A DNA stretch of 64,000 nucleotides from Alphaproteobacteria bacterium (GTDB lineage: Bacteria; Pseudomonadota; Alphaproteobacteria; Rhizobiales; CAJQND01), in NCBI GenBank assembly GCA_024227565.1, contig JAAEUE010000165.1, forward strand, positions 71,911-135,910, in the 5' to 3' direction. Positions within the stretch are counted from its first letter, which is position 1. Each line of letters opens with the position of its first letter. The notes beneath the pieces are model-generated. The model ran no database searches and had not been told where the DNA came from. It saw only the letters and a list, made by a program, of their open reading frames with translations. Shown here in pieces: positions 53,261-61,329 of this stretch. A program made the position numbers and the translations under genes.

Positions 53261-54184
53261 ATGGATGAGACGAGCCGCAAAGGCCTTACATACGCTGCAA
53301 TAGTGGTTGCAGGCGCAATTGTCGGTTACTTCGTTGGTAACTCAGGCACCGGCAGCCTGAAATCTGAGGTGGCTTCGCTGAGCGGGCAATTGCAGGAGCA
53401 GAAATCCAAGTCTGAGGGCGCTCTGAGCGAGCAAAAGAATGCCGGCGAAACTGCCCTTGCAGAGGCGAAAAAGGCCGGCGATGCGGCCCTTGCAGCTGCA
53501 AAAAAGGCCGCCGATGATGCACAAAAAGCCCTCGCCGACGCAAAGCAAAGCGGCGAAGCTGCCCTTAAAAAAGTAAGAAGCGGGGCTGGCAAGGCTCTGG
53601 CCGCAACGAAAGACGAAGCTACAGCCAAGCTCGCCAAACAGAAATCTGAAGCAGAGGCCATGCTGGCTGAACAAAAAGCCACTGCCGCTGCTGCGTTTGA
53701 TGCAGAGGAAACCGCAAAGCACGAAATTATGGCTCAGGCGACACGCCATAAAAATGCGGTGGCCAAAGCCCAGTCGGATCTGTCCAAAAGCCAAGCTGAG
53801 CACTCAAAGCTCTCCGCTTTGATGGAAACCCAAAAATCAAAACTCTCTGCTGCAGAGACCGCCGTGACCAAGCTGTCTGAAGAGGTGGCGAGCTTGAAAG
53901 CCGCAATGGCGACGCAAAAATCGGAAGCAGATGCATCCATGGCCGCTGCGAAGGCCAGCTCTGACACGATGATCAACGAGCTCAAGGGTCAACTGGCCAA
54001 TTCAAATTCAGAAGCGCAAACGGCCGTGTCCACACAGCGGGCACAGCTTGAAGCTGCACAGACAGACATCAAGAAGCTTGATGCCCAGCTTGAAGACGCA
54101 AACCAAAAGCTTGCTGTTCAAGCAAAAGCTACGCTGGACCTGAAGGCCGAGCTCAACGATTTAAAGGCCAAAACACAAAATTAG
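53261..54184 (+). CDS. membrane-anchored Ala/Lys/Glu-rich coiled-coil protein with 11-residue periodicity
   Basis: N-terminal TM (YAAIVVAGAIVGYFVG), then about 280 aa of low-complexity helix. See the finding at 53396-53692 for the hendecad register. Confidence 0.7.
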   Translation: MDETSRKGLTYAAIVVAGAIVGYFVGNSGTGSLKSEVASLSGQLQEQKSKSEGALSEQKNAGETALAEAKKAGDAALAAAKKAADDAQKALADAKQSGEAALKKVRSGAGKALAATKDEATAKLAKQKSEAEAMLAEQKATAAAAFDAEETAKHEIMAQATRHKNAVAKAQSDLSKSQAEHSKLSALMETQKSKLSAAETAVTKLSEEVASLKAAMATQKSEADASMAAAKASSDTMINELKGQLANSNSEAQTAVSTQRAQLEAAQTDIKKLDAQLEDANQKLAVQAKATLDLKAELNDLKAKTQN

Positions 54185-54352
54185 AGGCTGACCTAAGGTA
54201 AGCACAGAACATGTGGGCGCTTGCAAACAGCGCTTGAACAGGTGATGCCACTTTAAGTACAAGTTGTGCGGCAACGAGGGGTTGTCATGGGGAAATTTTG
54301 CCCGGCCGGTGAATTATTGGCGGGCAAGGGAACGACGTAGAAAGGCAGAGCT

Positions 54353-54778
54353 ATGCTCAAGGAATTCAAGGAATTTGCGGTCAAGGGCAACATGGTGGAC
54401 ATGGCCGTTGGCATCATCATGGGTGCCGCGTTCGGCACCATTGTGAAGTCTTTGGTGGGGGACATTTTCATGCCCTTCGTTGGCTATTTCACCGGCGGGC
54501 TGGATTTCACAAACATGTTCATCGCGCTTGGCGGCGGTGAGTACGCCACTCTGAAGGCCGCCCAAGACGCAGGCGCGGCAACCATCAATATCGGCCTGTT
54601 CATCAACGCCCTTATTGCTTTCATCATTGTGGCTTGGATCATGTTCATGCTGGTCAAAGGCATGAACGCCGCAAAGAAGGCTGCCGCTGAGGAAGAAGCA
54701 GCAGCAGCCCCGGCAGAACCGCCAGCCGATGTTGCGCTTCTGACAGAGATCCGCGATCTTCTGAAAGACGGCAAATAA
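54353..54778 (+). CDS. mscL: large-conductance mechanosensitive channel
   Basis: [41 protein letters not shown]. 141 aa with two TM helices. Confidence 0.95.
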   Translation: MLKEFKEFAVKGNMVDMAVGIIMGAAFGTIVKSLVGDIFMPFVGYFTGGLDFTNMFIALGGGEYATLKAAQDAGAATINIGLFINALIAFIIVAWIMFMLVKGMNAAKKAAAEEEAAAAPAEPPADVALLTEIRDLLKDGK

Positions 54779-54806
54779 TCTGCCTGCACAAAGTTGCAGC
54801 GAAAAA

Positions 54807-54835
54807 CCCGGATGGTGACCATCCGGGCTATTTTA
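54807..54835 (+). terminator. intrinsic terminator after mscL
   Basis: CCCGGATGG-tgac-CCATCCGGG (9-bp perfect stem) followed by CTATTTTAA. Confidence 0.6.
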
Positions 54836-54924
54836 ATGGCGTGACTAGCTCATCACTTGTTTTCTGCCAGGACCGGTGTTAACGCCACGGCTTGCCCCGG
54901 ACGTTAACTGGACAGCAGCGGAAG

Positions 54925-56142
54925 ATGGCGATGAGTGAACAGCAGGCTCCTGACATTGGCCCGGTTTTCGACGCGCTCAAACCAGACGTACGCGACGAGC
55001 CGGAAAGCGGCATCATCCGCGTCGCCAACTATGCCTGGCAGGCCGAGGATGCAATCAAGCTCTGGGTTGGCGAGGGTGATCTGCCCACCCCGGACTTCAT
55101 CTGCAACGCCGCCGCTGAGGCCATGGCCCGCGGCGAAACCTTCTACACCTGGCAACGCGGCATCCCAACCTTGCGTGAGGCGCTCGGGCGCTACCACAAC
55201 CGGTTGTTTGGCGTGCCCAACGATCCGGAGAACTATTTCATCACCGGCGGCGGCATGCAGGCCATTCACCTTGCGCTGCAAGCCATTGCCGGGGCTGGCG
55301 ACCAGCTCGTGATCCCAAGCCCAGCCTGGCCGAACTATGCTGCGCCCATGCGCATGCTCCAGATCGAACCGGTGGAAGTGCCGATGGCGTTTGAAAGCGG
55401 GGTTTGGCAGCTGGATTTGGACCGGTTGTTCGATGCGGTGACGGACAGGACCCGCGCAATTTGCCTCAACAGCCCCTCCAATCCCCTTGGCAAAGTGACC
55501 AGCGCAGACGAACTGATTGCCGTGCGCGACTTCTGCCGCAAGCGCGGCATCTGGTTGCTTGGAGATGAGGTCTACTCGCGCTTTTACTATCCGGGCGATG
55601 GCGACAACCGCACCATTGCCCCTTCCCTCTTGGAATGCTGCGAGCCGGAGGAGCGGTTGATCCTGGCCAACACGTTCTCCAAGAACTGGGCCATGACCGG
55701 ATGGCGCATCGGCTGGCTTCAAGCGCCGCAATCGATTGGCCAGGTGGTGGAGAACCTCATTCAGTACAACACTTCAGGCGTCGCCTCGTTCATGCAATCG
55801 GCAGCGGCCGTGGCCCTGGACGAAGGCGAGCCCTTCATGGCGCAGCAGCTGGAGCGCGCTCAGACGGGGCTGCAGATCGTGCTCGACACGCTGGGCGCGC
55901 GCGGCGACGTTCAGTACCAGAGACCAGAAGGGGCGTTCTACTTCTTCTTCCGGGTTGAGGGCATGGACAGCTCAGACGCCAACACCCGGCGGATGATCGA
56001 TGAGGCGGGCGTGGGGCTTGCCCCCGGCACCGCGTTTGGCCCCGGCGGCGAAGATGGCTGGTATCGGCTTTGCTTTGCCCGCTCGCACGACAGTCTGCGC
56101 ACGGCGATGGACCGATTGTGCACCTGGTTGGACAAGCGCTGA
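54925..56142 (+). CDS. pyridoxal-phosphate-dependent aminotransferase (class I/II)
   Basis: NSPSNPLG and NTFSKNWAMTGWRIG (PLP lysine). About 405 aa. The ATG at 54925 lies inside the longer track ORF. Confidence 0.9.
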   Translation: MAMSEQQAPDIGPVFDALKPDVRDEPESGIIRVANYAWQAEDAIKLWVGEGDLPTPDFICNAAAEAMARGETFYTWQRGIPTLREALGRYHNRLFGVPNDPENYFITGGGMQAIHLALQAIAGAGDQLVIPSPAWPNYAAPMRMLQIEPVEVPMAFESGVWQLDLDRLFDAVTDRTRAICLNSPSNPLGKVTSADELIAVRDFCRKRGIWLLGDEVYSRFYYPGDGDNRTIAPSLLECCEPEERLILANTFSKNWAMTGWRIGWLQAPQSIGQVVENLIQYNTSGVASFMQSAAAVALDEGEPFMAQQLERAQTGLQIVLDTLGARGDVQYQRPEGAFYFFFRVEGMDSSDANTRRMIDEAGVGLAPGTAFGPGGEDGWYRLCFARSHDSLRTAMDRLCTWLDKR

Positions 56143-56372
56143 GCGGACAGAGATCATGCCTAAGTCACTCATAAAGGCCATATAGCGCTAATTACAACGC
56201 CCAATCATAAACTTACGCGAAATTGGGTTCGTTTCGCAGCGTCTCATTTTTTTCAGAAATCCGCCATTTTGGAAGCTGAAGCCACACCGCAAAAGTCATG
56301 CTTTTGGTGGCAAATTCACATACCTTCCCTTGCCACCGCCGCTGACGTTTTCAGACGGTCTGTTGAGCCCGG

Positions 56373-56759
56373 TCAGTCCGCAGCAGGCAGGTAAGAACCA
56401 TCTGCATCGTGCTTTTCGCGCCCGGTGAGCGCCGGTGTGAACACACACACGATCTTCATTCGGGTCTCTGCGCGCAGGATGTGCTTGTCGTTCTTGTCCA
56501 GCGTGTACATGGTGCCGGCGGTCAGCGGGTGAACCTCTCCGGTGGCGACGTCTACCACCTCGCCCTTACCCTCGATAACGTAGTTGGCCTCAATGTGGTG
56601 CTTGTACCACATGTGCTGTTCTGCCCCGGCTTCAACGGTGGTTTCGTTCAGGGTGAACCCCACGCCATCTTCGGCAAGAAGGAAGCGGCGGCTGGCCCAA
56701 ACATCACCCCGCACATCGCGTTCGCTATCTAGAATGTCATTGAGGCTTCTGACGATCAT
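56373..56759 (-). CDS. ectC: ectoine synthase-like cupin (solitary EctC-type)
   Basis: MIVRSLNDILDSERDV...WASRRFLLAEDGVGFTLNETTVEAG...MWYKHHIEANYVIEGKGEV...VCVFTPALTGREKHDADGSYLPA is collinear with EctC as I recall it. GGAGA lies 6 nt upstream of the ATG at 56759. No ectA or ectB is present in the window. Confidence 0.8.
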   Translation of the reverse strand: MIVRSLNDILDSERDVRGDVWASRRFLLAEDGVGFTLNETTVEAGAEQHMWYKHHIEANYVIEGKGEVVDVATGEVHPLTAGTMYTLDKNDKHILRAETRMKIVCVFTPALTGREKHDADGSYLPAAD

Positions 56760-56853
56760 TATGGTCTCCGGCTGTGTTGAAGTGCTTAACGTGCTGCTTT
56801 TTAACATTAGCCTTCGATTCTGGCTCGATCTGTACCAAATCATTGTGCCTCCC

Positions 56854-56927
56854 CCGGGCTTGATCCGAGGGTCCGGGGTCGCAGAATTCAGGAGGTTCCG
56901 CGGTGGGTCCTCGGGTCAAGCCCGAGG
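56854..56927. repeat. REP/RIME-like imperfect palindromic intergenic element
   Basis: CCGGGCTTGATCCGAGGGTCC (56854-56874) pairs with GGTCCTCGGGTCAAGCCCG (56906-56924). The right arm contains the GGTCAAGCCCGAGGACGAC-type motif that I recognise from alphaproteobacterial intergenic repeats. Confidence 0.5.
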
Positions 56928-57058
56928 ACGACAGAGTCCGGACGGCCGGTGCTAGACCTCTTGCAACACAGTGGCAAGGACACTTGAGAATTTCGGGCTT
57001 GCTGCGGCCTTGGATCTGCGGATACGCTTGGGGTTCCAAACGATCAAGGAGCCCGCTC

Positions 57059-57928
57059 ATGTCTGCCAAAGACCTCAAGGTTTCAAAACTCACCCCCACC
57101 ATTGGCGCCGAGCTATCAGGTATAGATCTCAACCGCGATTTGGACAGCGCATCGATAAATGCAATTTACGATGCGCTGATCGACAATCTTGTGATCTTCT
57201 TCCGCGATCAGGACCTGTCGCCAGCGGCACATCTGCGCCTTGCTCGTTCGTTCGGCGAGCCGCAACCTCCGCACCCGGTTTACCCCCATGTGGAGGACTT
57301 TGAGAACATCATGGTTCTGGCCAATGATGCAAAGACGCCGCCCGATACTGACGGCTGGCACGCGGATGTGACTTACCAGGCCAACCCTCCTTTCGCCTCG
57401 ATCTTGTGTGCGAGAGAAGTCCCTGAGTGTGGTGGCGACACCCAGTGGGCCAACATGTATGCCGCCTACGACGCTCTGCCCGATGGCATGAAGGCCGATC
57501 TTGCCGACATGACCGCGGTTCATGACCTGGGCGATTTTCGCAACAATTTTGCCACCGGCCCAAACGCCAACGAGAAAATCATCAGTGCCCATGGCCGCTT
57601 CGGCTCGGCGGTGCATCCGGTTGTGATGCACCATCCGATCACCGGCAGGCCCTATCTTTTTGTGAACGAAGGTTTCACCCAGCACATTGTCGGGCTTGTG
57701 GCGCGCCAAAGCCGGCGGCTGATCACTTATCTGCTCGACCACATCAACCGGCCTGAATATCAAGTGCGGTTCCGCTGGCAGAATGGGTCCATCGCCATGT
57801 GGGACAACCGAGTGACCCAGCACTATGCTGTGGCAGACTATCTGCCGGCCTCTCGCTGCATGCACCGGATCACGGTGATCAACGATGCTCGGGCAGACCA
57901 ACGGGCGGCACTGGCGGAGGCTGGCTAA
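57059..57928 (+). CDS. TauD/TfdA-family Fe(II)/2-oxoglutarate dioxygenase
   Basis: MSAKDLKVSKLTPTIGAELSGIDL..., HxD ligand motif in GWHADVTY, and C-terminal WDNRVTQHYA. AAGGAG lies 8 nt upstream of the ATG at 57059. Confidence 0.9.
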   Translation: MSAKDLKVSKLTPTIGAELSGIDLNRDLDSASINAIYDALIDNLVIFFRDQDLSPAAHLRLARSFGEPQPPHPVYPHVEDFENIMVLANDAKTPPDTDGWHADVTYQANPPFASILCAREVPECGGDTQWANMYAAYDALPDGMKADLADMTAVHDLGDFRNNFATGPNANEKIISAHGRFGSAVHPVVMHHPITGRPYLFVNEGFTQHIVGLVARQSRRLITYLLDHINRPEYQVRFRWQNGSIAMWDNRVTQHYAVADYLPASRCMHRITVINDARADQRAALAEAG

Positions 57929-57963
57929 GCTTCACTGCGCCGCCTTGGCGGGAGGCAAGGCAA

Positions 57964-58788
57964 ATGAACTGGGCACTTCATCACGTGGCGCTCAGCGCCC
58001 AGGATATTACGCGGGCGCGTTGGTTCTTTGGTGAGTTGATCGGCCTCTCGGGCACAGCTTCCGACGACAACGATGGCGGGGCACACACCCAGTTCGGTGC
58101 CGAAGGCCGCGGACTACATCTCACCAAACCGCGGCGCTCGGTTGGGTCTTCGGGTGGACAGATCGTTCATCCTGCAGGCGGCAGGCATTTGGCCATCACC
58201 GTTGAAGACCTGAACACCGTCGTTGCAAATCTCGACCGCGCGTCGATCTCCTATGTTGAAACCCCGGGCGATGGCCAAAGCATCACAACGCTTGATCCGT
58301 CATTGAACCTGATTGAGTTTCATCAGGCCCAAGAGGCGGACGACACTGATGGGAACCACCCCTGGGAGCAGGACTGGGGTTGGGGCGTACACCATGTCAA
58401 TTTGCAGGTGGCTGATGTGCGCGAGGCTGTTGCCTTCTTCACCGAAATGGCGGGCATGCCCGAGGGCCCCTGGCATGTTCCTGAGACCATGGGGGATGTG
58501 AGCATCGACCCAGCGCAGTTGGCGCTTCTGCCGCTGGGAGACGATAATCGCGGCCTTCATTTGAACCGGCCGGATGCGACCTTTGCCCTGCGCAATGGCT
58601 TTGCCCACAACCCAACCATCGGCGGCCATCCGGCGTTCTGGGTGCCCGACATTAAGGCAGTTATGCGGCGGTTTGATGAAGCCGGCGTGCTCTATACCGA
58701 CGCCGGGGTCTACGCCATGCCCCATATGCACCAGATTTATGTGCTGGACTTGACGGCCAACTTCATTGAGGTGAACCAACATGTCTGA
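57964..58788 (+). CDS. VOC (glyoxalase/bleomycin-resistance/dioxygenase) family protein, two-domain
   Basis: Two repeats beginning LHHVALSAQDI and VHHVNLQVADV. The ATG at 57964 has GGGAGG upstream. Confidence 0.75.
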   Translation: MNWALHHVALSAQDITRARWFFGELIGLSGTASDDNDGGAHTQFGAEGRGLHLTKPRRSVGSSGGQIVHPAGGRHLAITVEDLNTVVANLDRASISYVETPGDGQSITTLDPSLNLIEFHQAQEADDTDGNHPWEQDWGWGVHHVNLQVADVREAVAFFTEMAGMPEGPWHVPETMGDVSIDPAQLALLPLGDDNRGLHLNRPDATFALRNGFAHNPTIGGHPAFWVPDIKAVMRRFDEAGVLYTDAGVYAMPHMHQIYVLDLTANFIEVNQHV

Positions 58789-58806
58789 ACAGCACGAGCC
58801 GGACCG

Positions 58807-59238
58807 ATGGTTTTGACCGGTCTGCTTACAATTTGCATTGCGGCCGCATTTGCCGGTGCAGCGATCTACATCAACCTTGCCGAGCATCCAGCCCGCCTGA
58901 AGCTTGATGACGGGGCCATGCTCACCCAGTGGAAGCCGTCCTACCGGAGCGGCTACCAAATGCAGGCCAGCCTGGCGATCATCGGCTTTCTGTCGGGTCT
59001 CATCACCTGGTATCAGACCGGCGACATGCGCTGGGGCCTCGGCGCCATCATCCTGGTGGCAAACTGGCCGTTTACGCTGCTGGCCATCATGCCCATCAAC
59101 CGCCGCCTGGAGGCCATGCCGCCAGAGCAGCCGGAGCCGGAGCTGCGCGCGCTGATGGAGCGCTGGGGATCGCTCCACGCCATCCGCAGTGCCTTCGGCG
59201 CCGGGGCGACGGCGGTCTTTGTGCTGGCCGCCCTGTGA
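58807..59238 (+). CDS. DUF1772 (anthrone-oxygenase-like) membrane protein
   Basis: Four TM segments and INLAEHPARL...WPFTLLAIMPINRRL, typical of DUF1772 as I recall it. Confidence 0.65.
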   Translation: MVLTGLLTICIAAAFAGAAIYINLAEHPARLKLDDGAMLTQWKPSYRSGYQMQASLAIIGFLSGLITWYQTGDMRWGLGAIILVANWPFTLLAIMPINRRLEAMPPEQPEPELRALMERWGSLHAIRSAFGAGATAVFVLAAL

Positions 59239-59690
59239 TGTGGCGCAGGGCATTCATTGGTCTCTGCCTCCTTTGCATGCTCTCCAAGGGCGCATTGGCA
59301 GCCGCCCCTGAAGTCAATTTGGGGTACTTCAACAAACTGGCGGTCAACGATTATGACGTGATGACCTATTGGAAAGGCGGCAAACCCAAGGAGGGCAACA
59401 CGGAAATCACCGCATCCTACAACGGCGCAACCTGGGTTTTCGTCTCGGAAGAAAACCGCGCGCTGTTCCTTGAGAGCCCAGGGAAGTATGCCCCTCAATA
59501 TGGCGGCTACTGCGCCTATGCCGCCAGCCGGAATGCGGTGTCGGATGTGGACCCGCTGGCCTGGCGCATCTGGAAAGACAAGCTTTACCTCAACTACAGC
59601 CCCCGCGTCCGCCGCCAATGGGCGAGCGATATCGACCAGAACATTGAGAAGGCGAATGGCTTTTGGCCAAAGCTTTTGGAGAATGAGTAG
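59238..59690 (+). CDS. YHS-domain-like secreted protein ((seleno)protein family, Cys form)
   Basis: Signal peptide MWRRAFIGLCLLCMLSKGALA, then YDVMTYWKGGKPKEG...WVFVSEENRALFLESPGKYAPQYGGYCAYA...KLYLNYS. The ATG overlaps the upstream stop (GTGATG). Confidence 0.65.
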   Translation: MWRRAFIGLCLLCMLSKGALAAAPEVNLGYFNKLAVNDYDVMTYWKGGKPKEGNTEITASYNGATWVFVSEENRALFLESPGKYAPQYGGYCAYAASRNAVSDVDPLAWRIWKDKLYLNYSPRVRRQWASDIDQNIEKANGFWPKLLENE

Positions 59691-59794
59691 AAACAAAAAA
59701 ATATTATATTTCATATCTTTATGAGGTTTATTTTAGAATTTGAGTCGTGGAACTTTTAGGATCACACTGAAAATTTGGTCAACATCAACGCATG

Positions 59795-59813
59795 TGTTAT
59801 ACTTTGTATAACA
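59795..59813. promoter_or_regulatory. perfect palindrome TGTTATAC-TTT-GTATAACA; candidate operator of the RHH antitoxin
   Basis: Read directly from the sequence. Lies 26 nt upstream of the ATG at 59839, inside a markedly AT-rich spacer (59691-59838). Confidence 0.5.
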
Positions 59814-59838
59814 TCTAACTTTTACCGATGCGGACAGA

Positions 59839-60120
59839 ATGACCAAAGCGACCGTTGCTCTTCGGCTCGACAGCGAGACCCAACAAAGGTTGAAGACGCT
59901 TGGGGAGGCACGAGACCGCTCCACCCACTATCTAATGAAACAGGCCGTTGAACAATTTCTTGCGGTTGAAGAGGGCATTGAGCGCGAAAAGGAACTGATG
60001 CACGTGCGTTGGGAACGTTTTGAGCTCACAGGAGAAAGCATTGAGCAGGCTGAGGTTCGCAGTCTGCTAGACACGCTGAAAAGTGAGGCCAAAGCCGGTG
60101 ACGCTGTCAATGACGGTTAG
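59839..60120 (+). CDS. ribbon-helix-helix (CopG/ParD-like) antitoxin
   Basis: MTKATVALRLDSETQQRLKTLGEARDRSTHYLMKQAVEQFL is an RHH pattern. The 3' end overlaps the toxin start by 11 nt. Confidence 0.8.
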   Translation: MTKATVALRLDSETQQRLKTLGEARDRSTHYLMKQAVEQFLAVEEGIEREKELMHVRWERFELTGESIEQAEVRSLLDTLKSEAKAGDAVNDG

Positions 60121-60391
60121 TTGGCTTCCCGATGCGCTTGATGATCTGAGACGTCTACAAGATTTCCTACACCCACATAGCCCCACCGCTGCGCTTAGAG
60201 TTGTGACTGCGCTGGTTGAAGCTGCGGAAGCTCTGGTTGAGTTTCCCGAAAAAGGGCGCCCATGGGAGCCCGATATGAACTACCGCGAGCTGCTCATCAA
60301 GCATGGAGCCAAGGGCTATGTTCTCCGCTATCGGCTATTGGGTGGAAACGCCTATATCGTCCGTGCCTGGCATGCTGCCGAAGATCGTTAG
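60110..60391 (+). CDS. RelE/ParE family toxin
   Basis: [20 protein letters not shown]...[10 protein letters not shown]...[36 protein letters not shown] is the typical ParE/RelE layout. The ATG at 60110 lies inside track ORF 60083..60391. Confidence 0.8.
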   Translation: MTVSWLPDALDDLRRLQDFLHPHSPTAALRVVTALVEAAEALVEFPEKGRPWEPDMNYRELLIKHGAKGYVLRYRLLGGNAYIVRAWHAAEDR

Positions 60392-61317
60392 CTGCGAGGT
60401 TCGTTGTCAATCTGCCCCAAGTGCACCTCGCCGCGCATTTCGGCAAGTTCCATCTGACGTTGGCGGGCGGCGTAGCGTTCCTTTTGGGCTTCTGATTTTT
60501 CTGCCCAGCAGCGCGGGCAACTGACGCCCTTTTGATATTTGTCGGAGCGCTTATCGTCTTCGGTGATCGGGAAACGGCAGGCGTGGCACATGTCGTAGGA
60601 GCCTTCGTCCAGCCCGTGCTTCACCGACACGCGCTCGTCGAACACAAAGCACTCGCCTTCCCACAGGCTTTCTTCCTGAGGCACTGTCTCCAGGTATTTC
60701 AGGATGCCGCCCTTCAGGTGATAAACCTCATCAAAGCCGTGAGCGAGCATGTAGGATGAGGCCTTCTCGCAACGGATGCCACCGGTGCAGAACATCGCCA
60801 CCTTGGGCTTTGTGCCCAGCCCGGCATGGTTCTTTACAAACTCTGGAAACTCACGGAACGAGGCCGTCACCGGATCGACCGCGCCCTTGAACGTGCCGAT
60901 CTCAACCTCATAGGCATTGCGGGTGTCAATCAATACGATGTCCGGATCTGAGATAAGATCGTTCCAATCTTTCGGGTCCACGTAAGTGCCAACTTGGCAG
61001 GTGGGATCGGCCTCCGGCGCGCCCAGGGTCACGATCTCCTTCTTGAGCCGCACCTTCATGCGCAGGAACGGCATCTCAGTTGCCCAGGATTCCTTATGGT
61101 CGAGATCCGCAAACCGCCCATCGGCCTTCAGATGATCGAGCACACGGGCCACCCCTTCAGGTGGCCCGGCAATGGTGCCGTTGATGCCTTCGCGGGCCAG
61201 CAGCAATGTGCCCATGACGTGGTTTTGCTGGCACGCCTCCTGCAGCGGCGCCTGAAGCGCCTCATAGTCCGGCAGCGCGACAAACTTATAGAGCGCAGTG
61301 ATGAGAACATTGGACAT
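60388..61317 (-). CDS. trhO: rhodanese-domain tRNA uridine(34) hydroxylase (TrhO/YceA, UPF0176)
   Basis: [18 protein letters not shown]...[16 protein letters not shown], the rhodanese loop [12 protein letters not shown], and a C-terminal CxxC pair. Confidence 0.9.
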   Translation of the reverse strand: MSNVLITALYKFVALPDYEALQAPLQEACQQNHVMGTLLLAREGINGTIAGPPEGVARVLDHLKADGRFADLDHKESWATEMPFLRMKVRLKKEIVTLGAPEADPTCQVGTYVDPKDWNDLISDPDIVLIDTRNAYEVEIGTFKGAVDPVTASFREFPEFVKNHAGLGTKPKVAMFCTGGIRCEKASSYMLAHGFDEVYHLKGGILKYLETVPQEESLWEGECFVFDERVSVKHGLDEGSYDMCHACRFPITEDDKRSDKYQKGVSCPRCWAEKSEAQKERYAARQRQMELAEMRGEVHLGQIDNEPRS

Positions 61318-61329
61318 GCGCGCGCTCCG

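Noticed and set aside
54904..55731. 275-aa ORF on the minus strand
   Set aside because: It is antisense to the class I/II aminotransferase, which has its PLP-lysine motif on the plus strand. Shadow ORF. The same reasoning applies to 57116-57901 (antisense to TauD), 58300-59253, 62681-63487, 50354-51205, 10725-11462, 31838-32521 and 34209-34865.
56373..56759. EctC-like cupin as a DMSP lyase (DddK/DddW/DddQ-type)
   Set aside because: It is collinear with EctC from the MIVR start to the C-terminal GSY.PA end. It does not resemble the Ddd cupin sequences I recall.
56903..57058. N-terminal 52-aa extension of the TauD ORF (MGPRVKPEDD...)
   Set aside because: It is the translation of the REP-like palindrome. 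A strong AAGGAG plus an ATG at 57059 gives the canonical TauD N-terminus.
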